Positions 24,059 through 32,440 of a DNA stretch of 32,440 nt are shown here, in pieces (position 1 is the stretch's first letter; each line of letters begins with the position of its first letter). Below the pieces are notes generated by a model. The model was not told where the DNA came from, ran no database searches, and saw nothing but the letters and a program-made list of their open reading frames with translations. This DNA is from Melioribacteraceae bacterium (GTDB taxonomy: Bacteria > Bacteroidota > Ignavibacteria > Ignavibacteriales > Melioribacteraceae), in the NCBI GenBank assembly GCA_027858595.1, contig JAQICK010000097.1, positions 1-32,440 of the forward strand, given 5' to 3'. The position numbers were made by a program, and so were the translations under genes.

Positions 24059-25936
24059 CTAAATTAAATCAGAATTCCCTTCGCCATCCAAAATCATTTT
24101 TCTTTGAAGTGTTAATTCCATGTTCTCTCGTAATAATTTCATTTCTTCATTCTCATTTTCAGCAACAACCATTTTATGATCATTGCTTTTAATTTGTGAA
24201 TCAATCATCAAAAGTCTGTATTTACGAACTATATCCTTTGTTTTTTGTAAATGGTTAAGGCCTATTTTATCTACATCATCTTTTTTCTTATTCCATTTGT
24301 CGCTAATTATCTCTTCTCCGAGTGTTAGAGAGAGTGCTGTTGTTTTTGTTGCTTCATCCAAAATGCTACCAACAATTGCAGATGTTGTTATATCGTTTTT
24401 TTGATAACACTTTTCAATTGTGGTTGCAATCTGATTAAACGTTTTATTTTTAAAATCATCTGGATGAATGTAATCCAAAATGTTTTCAATAATCTCTTCA
24501 CTTCCTTCTAGCATTAGTTTTATTAGCTCTTTTTCAAATTGGAAAGAAGAATTAGATTCTGTATCTCCTTGCAGTACTTCAATGCTCTTTGCATTTTTTT
24601 TCTCATTTCTAAACTCAACTTTAGAGTCCTTTTTTTTATTTAATTCTAGAACACTATCCAATTCTTTTTCGAGCAACTTTTCTCTTAGCTGAAACTTAGT
24701 TGAAATAGTTTTTATTAGAATATTTCTTTTTAGCTCATCCTCAATAAGGGCAACGTATTTAACTAACTCACGAATTGCTTCGGCAGATTTTTTAGAGTCG
24801 TCAAAAACTCCTGCGTTATAAAACTGCTCTGTTTGGAATTCTAAAAAGTCTTTTGCGTTTTCAACTTGTTTGTTAAATTCCTCAGTTCCAAATTTATTGA
24901 TATACGAATCGGGGTCTTCGCCATTGGGGAGAGAAATTAATTTTACGTCAAATCCATTTTTTAAAAGAACTTCGATACTACGCGTTGCTGCTTTTTGTCC
25001 TGCTAAATCAGAATCAAAATTAACAACTATATTTTTTGTGAATCGTGAAAGCAAAAGAACTTGTTCCTCTGTTAAAGCTGTACCGGAAGAAGCCACAACG
25101 TTTTTAACTCCACTTTGGGAAAGTGAAATTACGTCCATATATCCTTCAACTAGAATTGCTTTATCCAGTCGGCGAACTTCATCCTTTGAGTGGAAAAGTC
25201 CATAAAGAGTTTTACGTTTTGAATAAATCTTGGATTCGGGAGAATTAATATACTTTGCTGTCTTCTCCTCTTTATTCATTACTCTACCACCAAAACCAAT
25301 TACTCTTCCGTTTGGAGAAAATATTGGAAATATTGTTCTTCCACGATATTTGTCGTAAAAGCCTCCCTTATCCTTTTCATCAATCAAACCAATATCTTTA
25401 GCTTTTTGCAAATTTACTTTGCTCTCAGTTAGGTGATGCAACAACGAATCCCATTCTGGCAGTGCGTATCCTAATCCAAAAGTAGTATTTGTTTTAGTTT
25501 TAATTTTTCTATCTTTGAAATAATTTCTTGCAATCTCTCCACCAGTACTTTTTAACAAATTATTGGAAAAGTATTTTGCAGCAATAACATTAATTTCATA
25601 AAGTTCTTCAAACTCAGATTTCTCTTCAGTGTTTGGTGCAGAGTTTTCTTCAAGTTTTATCCCAAGATTTTCGGCTAGCTCTTGAACAGATTCAACAAAG
25701 GAGATATTTTTATATTCCATCAGAAACTTAAAAGAATTTCCACCTGCATGACATCCAAAACAATGATAAATTTGCTTTTCAGGACTTACTGTAAAAGAAG
25801 GTGTTTTTTCATTGTGAAACGGACAGAGGCCAATGAAATTTCTGCCTCGTTTGCGCAACTGGACGAAACCAGAAATCAAATCCACTATATCTGTGCTGCT
25901 TCGAATCTCTTCTATTTGGTGTTCTGGAATTTGCAT
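24059..25936 (-). CDS. dnaG: DNA primase
   Basis: Zinc-ribbon motif CPFHNEKTPSFTVSPEKQIYHCFGCHAGGN and TOPRIM region ILVEGYMDVISL...DSDLAGQKA. 625 aa. Confidence 0.93.
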   Translation of the reverse strand: MQIPEHQIEEIRSSTDIVDLISGFVQLRKRGRNFIGLCPFHNEKTPSFTVSPEKQIYHCFGCHAGGNSFKFLMEYKNISFVESVQELAENLGIKLEENSAPNTEEKSEFEELYEINVIAAKYFSNNLLKSTGGEIARNYFKDRKIKTKTNTTFGLGYALPEWDSLLHHLTESKVNLQKAKDIGLIDEKDKGGFYDKYRGRTIFPIFSPNGRVIGFGGRVMNKEEKTAKYINSPESKIYSKRKTLYGLFHSKDEVRRLDKAILVEGYMDVISLSQSGVKNVVASSGTALTEEQVLLLSRFTKNIVVNFDSDLAGQKAATRSIEVLLKNGFDVKLISLPNGEDPDSYINKFGTEEFNKQVENAKDFLEFQTEQFYNAGVFDDSKKSAEAIRELVKYVALIEDELKRNILIKTISTKFQLREKLLEKELDSVLELNKKKDSKVEFRNEKKNAKSIEVLQGDTESNSSFQFEKELIKLMLEGSEEIIENILDYIHPDDFKNKTFNQIATTIEKCYQKNDITTSAIVGSILDEATKTTALSLTLGEEIISDKWNKKKDDVDKIGLNHLQKTKDIVRKYRLLMIDSQIKSNDHKMVVAENENEEMKLLRENMELTLQRKMILDGEGNSDLI

Positions 25937-26057
25937 TTACAATCAGATTATTAATAAAAACTTGAGTGCTAAACTTAGCAAATAAATATAAACTCAGTTC
26001 TCTAAAATATTTTTTAGCATACATTTATTATATTGTTGCACTAATTAAAAAAATATT

Positions 26058-27995
26058 ATGAAAGATTTTATGAACAATGATTTTAAGTATTGTAACAGCC
26101 TCACAGAATATTCACGATTAAAAACTAGGGTTGTAAACGTAGGCAATGTAAAGATTGGTGGAGATAATCCAATACGAATTCAGTCAATGACAACAACCAA
26201 AACGATTGATACAATTGCCACAGCTGATCAAGCAATTAGAATGTTTGAATCTGGAAGTGAGCTTGTAAGAATAACAGCACCAAGTTTGAAAGATGCCGAA
26301 AACCTGCAGAATATAAAAGATGAATTGAAAAAACGTGGATATAGTTTTCCCCTAATTGCAGATATTCACTTCACACCAAATGCCGCTGAAGCAGCTGCTC
26401 GAATTGTTGAAAAGGTGCGTGTTAATCCTGGCAATTATGTTGACAAAAAGAAATTTGACCAAATTGAATATAGCGATGAGGAATATGTTGCTGAAATTGA
26501 GAGAATAACAGAGCGTTTCTCTCCGTTAGTTAAAATTTGCAAAGAGCACGGAACAGCTATGCGAATTGGGACAAATCACGGGTCACTTTCCGATAGAATT
26601 ATGAGTCGCTACGGTGATGCTCCACTTGGGATGGTTGAATCGGCACTTGAATTTGTGAGAATTTGCCGTTCACTTGATTATCACAATTTAGTTTTGTCAA
26701 TGAAATCTAGCAATCCACAAGTAATGGTGCAAGCATATAGATTGCTGATTAACAAAATGATTTCAGAGAATATGGACTATCCTTTACACCTTGGTGTTAC
26801 AGAAGCTGGAGATGGAGATGATGCCAGGATTAAATCCGCAGTTGGAATAGGAGCATTGCTCGAAGATGGAATTGGGGACACAATAAGAGTTTCACTAACT
26901 GAACCTCCTGAAAATGAATCTCCTGTTGCAAAAAAAATAGTTGCTAAATATTCTGAACGAAACAACCCCACTGAAATTAAGGAGATTAACAATTTAGTTT
27001 CTAATCCATTTAGCTATAAAAGACGAATCACAAAAGAAATTTTTAATGTTGGGCACAAGAATGTTCCTGTAGTAATAGCTGATGCTAACGATGTAAAAGT
27101 GGATTACCCTTTATTAGAGAACTTTGGATACACATTTAAAAACGACAAATGGAATATAAGCGATTCGGCTATAGATTATATTTATCTTGGAAACGAAACA
27201 TGTGCTATTGAACTTCCGCAAAACCTATTTGGAATAATTGATTTTGAAAAGTGGAATGAATCTGATTTAGCAAAAAATATTTTTCCACTATTTTCAGCTA
27301 TGGAATATTTATCAAGCAACAAAAAATCAGATAAAATTAATTTTGTGAAACTTTCACTTAAAGATTTTTCTAATGAGTTATTAGCAACAATTAAAAATGA
27401 CAATGGTGTAGTGCTTGTTTTAACTACATCCAACAAAAATGGAATGGTTGAGCAAAGAAGAGCTATTTGGCAATTGATGGAAAATGAAATTGACAATCCA
27501 GTAATTATTAAAAGAGAATATAGCCTTACAGATGCAGAACAATTAGTAATTAATTCATCAACAGATTTTGGAGCATTGTTCCTCGAAGGTTTAGGAGACG
27601 GGATTTGGATTAATAACTCTGAAGCCATTTCTCATTCAAAAATTAATTCGACCGCCTTTGGAATTTTACAAGCAACAAGAACTAGAATTACAAAAACTGA
27701 ATATATTTCATGCCCAAGCTGTGGCAGAACTCTTTTCGATTTAGTTGAAGTGACTAATAAAATAAGAAGTAGAACAGAACATTTGAAAGGTGTAAAAATT
27801 GGCATAATGGGATGTATAGTAAATGGTCCTGGTGAAATGGCGGATGCCGATTATGGATATGTTGGAAGCGGTGTTAGTAAAATATCACTCTATCGCGGAC
27901 AAGAAGTTGTTCAGAGAAATTTGGATCAGGAAGATGCGGTAGAAAAACTAATTCAGTTAATTAAAGACGATGGTAATTGGGTGGAGAGAAGATAA
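26058..27995 (+). CDS. ispG: 4-hydroxy-3-methylbut-2-en-1-yl diphosphate synthase, long form with inserted domain
   Basis: GGDNPIRIQSMT, ADIHF, GTNHGSL, LGVTEAGDG, and a C-terminal 4Fe-4S region SCPSCGRT...GCIVNGPGE. The 645-aa length implies the roughly 270-aa insert typical of the long class. The start could also be ATG 26070. Confidence 0.93.
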   Translation: MKDFMNNDFKYCNSLTEYSRLKTRVVNVGNVKIGGDNPIRIQSMTTTKTIDTIATADQAIRMFESGSELVRITAPSLKDAENLQNIKDELKKRGYSFPLIADIHFTPNAAEAAARIVEKVRVNPGNYVDKKKFDQIEYSDEEYVAEIERITERFSPLVKICKEHGTAMRIGTNHGSLSDRIMSRYGDAPLGMVESALEFVRICRSLDYHNLVLSMKSSNPQVMVQAYRLLINKMISENMDYPLHLGVTEAGDGDDARIKSAVGIGALLEDGIGDTIRVSLTEPPENESPVAKKIVAKYSERNNPTEIKEINNLVSNPFSYKRRITKEIFNVGHKNVPVVIADANDVKVDYPLLENFGYTFKNDKWNISDSAIDYIYLGNETCAIELPQNLFGIIDFEKWNESDLAKNIFPLFSAMEYLSSNKKSDKINFVKLSLKDFSNELLATIKNDNGVVLVLTTSNKNGMVEQRRAIWQLMENEIDNPVIIKREYSLTDAEQLVINSSTDFGALFLEGLGDGIWINNSEAISHSKINSTAFGILQATRTRITKTEYISCPSCGRTLFDLVEVTNKIRSRTEHLKGVKIGIMGCIVNGPGEMADADYGYVGSGVSKISLYRGQEVVQRNLDQEDAVEKLIQLIKDDGNWVERR

Positions 27996-28001
27996 GTTTC
28001 A

Positions 28002-28443
28002 CGCAAAGTCGCCAAGACCAGAGAATAAAGGAGGGAGCAATGACAGAAAACGAAATAGCAAAAATAGTTGTGAATATTGCTTATAATATTCATGTTTAAC
28101 TTGGTCCTGGTTTGTTGGAATCAGTTTATGAAGAAATACTATATTATGAATTAAAGAAACAAAATATATTAGTAAAACGTCAAAAAGCAATTCCAGTTAT
28201 TTGAGAAAACAAAAAAATGGAAATTGGATTTAGAGCAGATTTAATAGTGAGACAAAGTTATTATTGAATTAAAATCGGTTGAACGAATTGCACGCGTTCA
28301 CCCTAAGCAATTACTCACATATTTAAAAATCACAAATCTTAAATTGGGATTATTATTAAATTTCAACGAAAAACTCATTAAAGATGGAATAACAAGAATA
28401 GTAAACAATCTATAATATTCTTTTGCGACTTAGCGTCTTTGCG
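28002..28443 (+). repeat. Inverted-repeat-bracketed cassette carrying the GxxExxY pseudogene
   Basis: CGCAAAGTCGCCAAG (28002-28016) against CTTAGCGTCTTTGCG (28429-28443, reverse complement CGCAAAGACGCTAAG): 13 of 15 positions match. Confidence 0.55.
28040..28415 (+). pseudogene. GxxExxY protein (PD-(D/E)XK-like family), decayed
   Basis: A good RBS (AAGGAGGG) precedes the ATG at 28040. The reading is MTENEIAKIVVNIAYNIHV*LGPGLLESVYEEILYYELKKQNILVKRQKAIPVI*ENKKMEIGFRADLIV, then a frameshift near 28250, then DKVIIELKSVERIARVHPKQLLTYLKITNLKLGLLLNFNEKLIKDGITRIVNNL*. In-frame stops are TAA 28097-28099 and TGA 28202-28204. Confidence 0.8.
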
Positions 28444-28469
28444 AGAGGATGATTATTTAAGGAGCAAAC

Positions 28470-31400
28470 ATGAAACATTTAAAACTAACCCTATTATTTT
28501 TAATGCTACTTCAAATTTTTCTCATTGCAGAAGATGATAAAAAAGAGAACAAATCCCCTTGGCAATCAAAGACTTTTTCTGGATTAAAATTTAGGAATAT
28601 TGGGCCTGCTTTTCCATCCGGAAGAATTGCTGATTTTGCCGTTAACCCCAATGACTATAGTGAATACTATGTTGGTGTTGCATGTGGCAATATCTGGAAG
28701 ACTAATAATTCTGGAACTACTTGGAAACCAATATTTGAAAACTATGGGTCCTATTCCATTGGTGCATTAAAAATGGATCCAAATAATTCAAATGTAATTT
28801 GGGCTGGGACTGGCGAAAACAATCATCAACGCGCCTTGGGGTATGGCGATGGTATTTATAAATCTGTTGATGGTGGAGAAAGCTGGAAGAACGTGGGGCT
28901 TTACGATTCACGACAAATTGGAATGATTGCAATTGATTCACGTAATAGCGATATAGTTTTTGTGGCAGCCGAAGGCTCTGTTTGGGGACCAGGTGGTGAT
29001 AGAGGACTCTACAAAACAACTGATGGTGGAAAAAGCTGGAAGAACGTTCTTGAAATATCCGAGAACACTGGAGTAAATAATGTCGTTATCGATTCAAACA
29101 ATCCAGATGTAATGTATGCAACATCCGAGCAGAGACGACGACACGTATTTACTAAAATTGGTGGTGGTCCAGAATCGGCTGTTTACAAATCAACTGACGG
29201 TGGAGAAAGTTGGAATAAAATAATGAAAGGATTGCCAAAAGTTCACATAGGCGGAATGGGAATAGCCGTATCTCCTGTAAACACGGATATTATATACTTA
29301 ATAGTTGAAGCGGCTGATAATGAAAGTGGATTTTACCGTTCAGCTAATCGTGGTGAGTCTTGGAAGAAAATGAGCAGTCATGCAGCTAGTGGACAGTATT
29401 ACAATGAAATTTATTGTGATCCAAAAGATGTGGATAAAGTATATTCTGTTGAAACAGTTTCACACTTCACAGAAGATGCTGGTAAAACTTGGAAACCATT
29501 AGGAAGGAAACACCGCCATGTTGATGATCACGCATTGTGGATTGACCCTACGGATACTAAGCATTTCCTAATTGGTGGAGATGGCGGAGTTTATGAGTCT
29601 TTTGATAGTGGTGAAAATTATTTGTTCAAAAACAATCTTCCTGTAACACAATTTTATAGGGTGAGTGTTGATAACGATTATCCATTCTACAATGTTTATG
29701 GTGGAACGCAAGATAACAATAGTATGGGCGGACCTTCGCGAACACTCCGTTCTTCGGGCATAGTAAATGACGATTGGTTTGTTACTAATGGTGGTGATGG
29801 ATTTTGGGGAGCAGCTGATCCTACTGATGCAAACATTGTTTATGCTGAAGCTCAATATGGTAACATGGTTCGCTACGATAGGAAAAGTGGTGAAGCTATT
29901 TCAATCCGCCCAGAGCCTAGAGAAGGTGAATTAACTTACAAATGGAATTGGAATACTCCGCTTGCTATTAGTCCACACGCACACACTAGATTATACACAG
30001 TTGCAAACAAAGTTTTCCGAAGTGATGATAGAGGCGATAGTTGGGAAGTAATCAGCGATGACATTACAAGAAAAATAGATAGAAATACTTGGAAGGTAAT
30101 GGATAAGTATTGGAGTAAAGATGCAGTTGTAAAAGATGTTTCTACTTCGCAGTTTGGAATGGGAGTTGCTTTTGATGAGTCTCCCTTAAAAGAAAACCTA
30201 CTTTATGTCGGTACGGATGATGGTCTCATTCAGGTTAGCAAAGATGCAAAGACTTGGAGAAAGATTGCCGACTTTCCTGATGTTCCAGAGTTTACTTATG
30301 TAAGCGATATTCGTGCATCCAAATTTGATGAAAATATTGTTTTTGCATCTTTCGATAATCGAAAACGTGATGATTTCAAACCATACGTTTTAATAAGCAA
30401 CAATAAGGGTAAGTCTTGGGAATCAATCGCAGGAGATTTACCAGATAGCGGAACAGTTCATTCTATCGAACAAGATTATATAAATCCAAATCTTCTTTTT
30501 GCTGGAACTGAGTTTGGAGTTTTCTTCTCATACAACAAAGGCGGAAAATGGATTCAACTTAAAAGTGGAATTCCAACAACTGCAGTAAGAGATATAGCTT
30601 TGCAAGAGAGAGAAAATGATTTGGTTTTAGCAACCTTTGGAAGAGGGTTTTATATTCTCGATGACTATTCATCCTTACGTGCTTTGAGCGATTCTCTTCT
30701 TGCAGCAGAAGCAACAATTTTTCCTATTAAAAATTCTCTTGCATATATTCAAGAGCGTGGTAGATATGGACAGGGTGCAACTTACTTTGAAGCAAAAAAT
30801 CCAGAGTTCGGTGCCACATTTACTTACTATTTGAAAGAAGTTCCTAAAACGAAAAACCAGATTAGGAAGAAAAATGAGAAAGAATTATTTAAGAATAGCG
30901 AGAAAATTTATCAACCGACTTACGACGAGTTGACTGCAGAAAAGAAAGAGTTGAAACCTCATCTTATCTTTACCATTACTGATGAAGATGGAAATTTCGT
31001 TCGCAGAATGACTGCTCCTGCTTCAAAAGGAGTTAACAGAATTACTTGGGATTTACGTTATCAAAATTTGCGACCTACAAATATCAAGGATGGTAAGTTT
31101 AATCCTACACCAAAGAGTAGCAGTAGCTATCCAGTTATTCCTGGGAAATATTTCGTCTCTATGGATATGCATATTAATTGGACTGTGAAAAAATTAGTAT
31201 CCAATGTTGAATTTAAAACAGAGACACTGAATAACACTACTCTTCCATCTACTGATAGAACATCTTTGGAAGATTTTCAGAAAAAAACTGTTGAGTTAGC
31301 AAGAGTTGTTTGGGGAACGGAAAAATATGCCGATGATTTATATAGGAGACTACAATTTGTAAAACAAGCTATTTACGAAACTCCAGCTGTGTCGTTGGAT

Positions 31401-31730
31401 ATGTTTAATATTGCATCAAAGCTCAGTAATGACGTGGATAATATTCTATTCCTATTCAATGGTGAAAAAGCCAAAGCTAGTCAAGAGGAGGTTTCTCCAG
31501 CTCTAGTTTCACTAAATGAACGATTGGGAACTCTGTTATACACACACTGGAGATCGACATCTAACATAACTAAAAATCAAAAAACTGCATATAAGTTATT
31601 ATCAAAAAAAATTCCAGAGATTCAAAAAGAGTTATTAAGAATTAGTGAAGTGGATGTAAAAAAACTTGAGGAAGAAATGGAGAACAAAGGAGCACCTTGG
31701 ACCCCTGGAAGAATGCCAAAATTAAATTAG
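28470..31730 (+). CDS. Secreted BNR/Asp-box repeat protein (sortilin/VPS10-like beta-propeller; the family is often annotated as a glycosyl hydrolase)
   Basis: Signal peptide MKHLKLTLLFLMLLQIFLIA. Repeated S/T-x-D-x-G-x-x-W boxes are present (SVDGGESWKN, TTDGGKSWKN, STDGGESWNK, SANRGESWKK, TEDAGKTWKP, SDDRGDSWEV, SNNKGKSWES). 1086 aa, with an AAGGAG RBS. Confidence 0.8.
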   Translation: MKHLKLTLLFLMLLQIFLIAEDDKKENKSPWQSKTFSGLKFRNIGPAFPSGRIADFAVNPNDYSEYYVGVACGNIWKTNNSGTTWKPIFENYGSYSIGALKMDPNNSNVIWAGTGENNHQRALGYGDGIYKSVDGGESWKNVGLYDSRQIGMIAIDSRNSDIVFVAAEGSVWGPGGDRGLYKTTDGGKSWKNVLEISENTGVNNVVIDSNNPDVMYATSEQRRRHVFTKIGGGPESAVYKSTDGGESWNKIMKGLPKVHIGGMGIAVSPVNTDIIYLIVEAADNESGFYRSANRGESWKKMSSHAASGQYYNEIYCDPKDVDKVYSVETVSHFTEDAGKTWKPLGRKHRHVDDHALWIDPTDTKHFLIGGDGGVYESFDSGENYLFKNNLPVTQFYRVSVDNDYPFYNVYGGTQDNNSMGGPSRTLRSSGIVNDDWFVTNGGDGFWGAADPTDANIVYAEAQYGNMVRYDRKSGEAISIRPEPREGELTYKWNWNTPLAISPHAHTRLYTVANKVFRSDDRGDSWEVISDDITRKIDRNTWKVMDKYWSKDAVVKDVSTSQFGMGVAFDESPLKENLLYVGTDDGLIQVSKDAKTWRKIADFPDVPEFTYVSDIRASKFDENIVFASFDNRKRDDFKPYVLISNNKGKSWESIAGDLPDSGTVHSIEQDYINPNLLFAGTEFGVFFSYNKGGKWIQLKSGIPTTAVRDIALQERENDLVLATFGRGFYILDDYSSLRALSDSLLAAEATIFPIKNSLAYIQERGRYGQGATYFEAKNPEFGATFTYYLKEVPKTKNQIRKKNEKELFKNSEKIYQPTYDELTAEKKELKPHLIFTITDEDGNFVRRMTAPASKGVNRITWDLRYQNLRPTNIKDGKFNPTPKSSSSYPVIPGKYFVSMDMHINWTVKKLVSNVEFKTETLNNTTLPSTDRTSLEDFQKKTVELARVVWGTEKYADDLYRRLQFVKQAIYETPAVSLDMFNIASKLSNDVDNILFLFNGEKAKASQEEVSPALVSLNERLGTLLYTHWRSTSNITKNQKTAYKLLSKKIPEIQKELLRISEVDVKKLEEEMENKGAPWTPGRMPKLN

Positions 31731-31937
31731 TTATAATTTTTGTTTTGCTATTAGCAATCGAATTAATTTGATTTTATGTTTTTCGATGATTATGTTGCAA
31801 ACGGATGAGGAACTTAAACCTGTTTTAAAAGGGTTTAAATAAAAACCGAACAAACGATTAACAGAAAGTAAATCATCTGGGAAGTCAGCATAACTTCTCT
31901 TAATAGGAACCTCGAGACCTTACGAGGATAAAATTTA

Positions 31938-31972
31938 CCCCGCGTTTCTTTTTTTGAGACGAGGGGTTTTTT
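31938..31972 (+). terminator. Intrinsic terminator not attached to an annotated ORF
   Basis: CCCCGCGTTTC (31938-31948) pairs with GAGACGAGGGG (31956-31966): an 11-bp stem with one mismatch and one G-U pair, and a 7-nt T loop, followed by TTTTTT. It lies 208 nt downstream of the BNR gene stop. Confidence 0.65.
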
Positions 31973-32121
31973 AATGTTCAAAGAGAACGTTCGGCAGAAT
32001 TTCATGTCGCAAATGTCTTTCATTTCGCAGTGATAATTTTGTTTTTTAGATCAATTTTATATCATGACACTCAACTAATATAAGACACCACATTCTGTTC
32101 CATTCAATTTAACAATTAATC

Positions 32122-32150
32122 TTGACCTAATAACAATTTTTTCATACATT
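32122..32150 (+). promoter_or_regulatory. Sigma-70-like promoter candidate for the downstream membrane-protein gene
   Basis: TTGACC (32122-32127), a 17-nt spacer, then TACATT (32145-32150), about 48 nt upstream of ATG 32199. Hexamer matches of this kind are common in AT-rich DNA. Confidence 0.3.
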
Positions 32151-32198
32151 CATTTATCCACGTAACTATTCTCTTTAGAAAATATTAAGGAGGAAAAG

Positions 32199-32440
32199 AT
32201 GAAAGCTTTTAGCTTATCAGTTCAGAGTTTTATCTCGTCAACTCGTTTTTTGGCTCACTTATTTAGTGTTCTCCTAATTTTTGCAGTCATTCTCTTAGCT
32301 TTTGGAGAAACACTTCAGAACACAGAAAAGGTCAGTAGTAGAGAAATACTTCTAACTCTCTCATTGTTAATTACACTGGGGGGACTTTTTGCAGCTTGGA
32401 AATGGGAAGGGATTGGTGGCACCCTAATTATTTCTGGATT
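32199..32440 (+). CDS. Small hydrophobic (membrane) protein, 5' part; the ORF runs off the right edge
   Basis: A strong RBS (AAGGAGGaaaagATG) precedes the start. MKAFSLSVQSFISSTRFLAHLFSVLLIFAVILLAFG...LLTLSLLITLGGLFAAWKWEGIGGTLIISG has at least two predicted TM segments, and the frame is open to the window end. Confidence 0.55.
   Translation, partial: MKAFSLSVQSFISSTRFLAHLFSVLLIFAVILLAFGETLQNTEKVSSREILLTLSLLITLGGLFAAWKWEGIGGTLIISG

Noticed and set aside
27999-28190. Minus-strand 63-aa ORF 27999..28190
   Set aside because: It lies antisense to the clearly recognisable, though decayed, GxxExxY reading frame. It has no RBS and no motifs.
31786-32023. Minus-strand ORF 31835..32023 (62 aa) and the plus-strand mini-ORFs 31776-31808 and 31786-31842
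   Set aside because: The 62-aa ORF reads through the terminator hairpin in antisense and has no RBS. The 10- and 18-codon ORFs also lack an RBS. I prefer a non-coding interpretation of this region.

Overview
AT-rich bacterial chromosomal segment. Protein similarities, the repeat types and visible Shine-Dalgarno use suggest an Ignavibacteria / Bacteroidota-Chlorobi-group organism, but that is inference only. The backbone is housekeeping: pckA, purM, sucC, dnaG, long-form ispG, dgt, dacB, prmA and a large secreted BNR/Asp-box protein. The accessory content is as follows. (1) A co-directional minus-strand block (2798-10199) holds an EgtD/EanA-type histidine methyltransferase, DUF427 and an EanB/YnjE-type rhodanese sulfurtransferase, which looks like the anaerobic ergothioneine route. 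Upstream of it is a tight three-gene operon of two different enzymes that each carry an N-terminal Rieske [2Fe-2S] domain (a GltS-type FMN/3Fe-4S protein and a ThDP pyruvate-oxidase-like protein) plus DUF5996. I consider this operon the best candidate for an undescribed system. (2) A divergent twitch/SPASM-like radical SAM gene. (3) A vapBC module whose toxin has an in-frame TAA just before the last catalytic acidic residue. (4) An intact 1.63-kb IS5/IS1182-type element inserted in the 3' end of prmA; the displaced 22 codons are still readable on the other side. (5) A TatD-radical-SAM fusion translationally coupled to dacB. (6) A decayed GxxExxY gene bracketed by inverted repeats, plus two apparently empty loci built from the same kind of 10-nt-periodic inverted motif arrays. 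(7) A family of GTCAT-ended intergenic hairpin modules. (8) An orphan intrinsic terminator that may close a small RNA. I found no rRNA, tRNA or CRISPR array. All calls come from reading the sequence and ORF track and from remembered family motifs; no database search was run.
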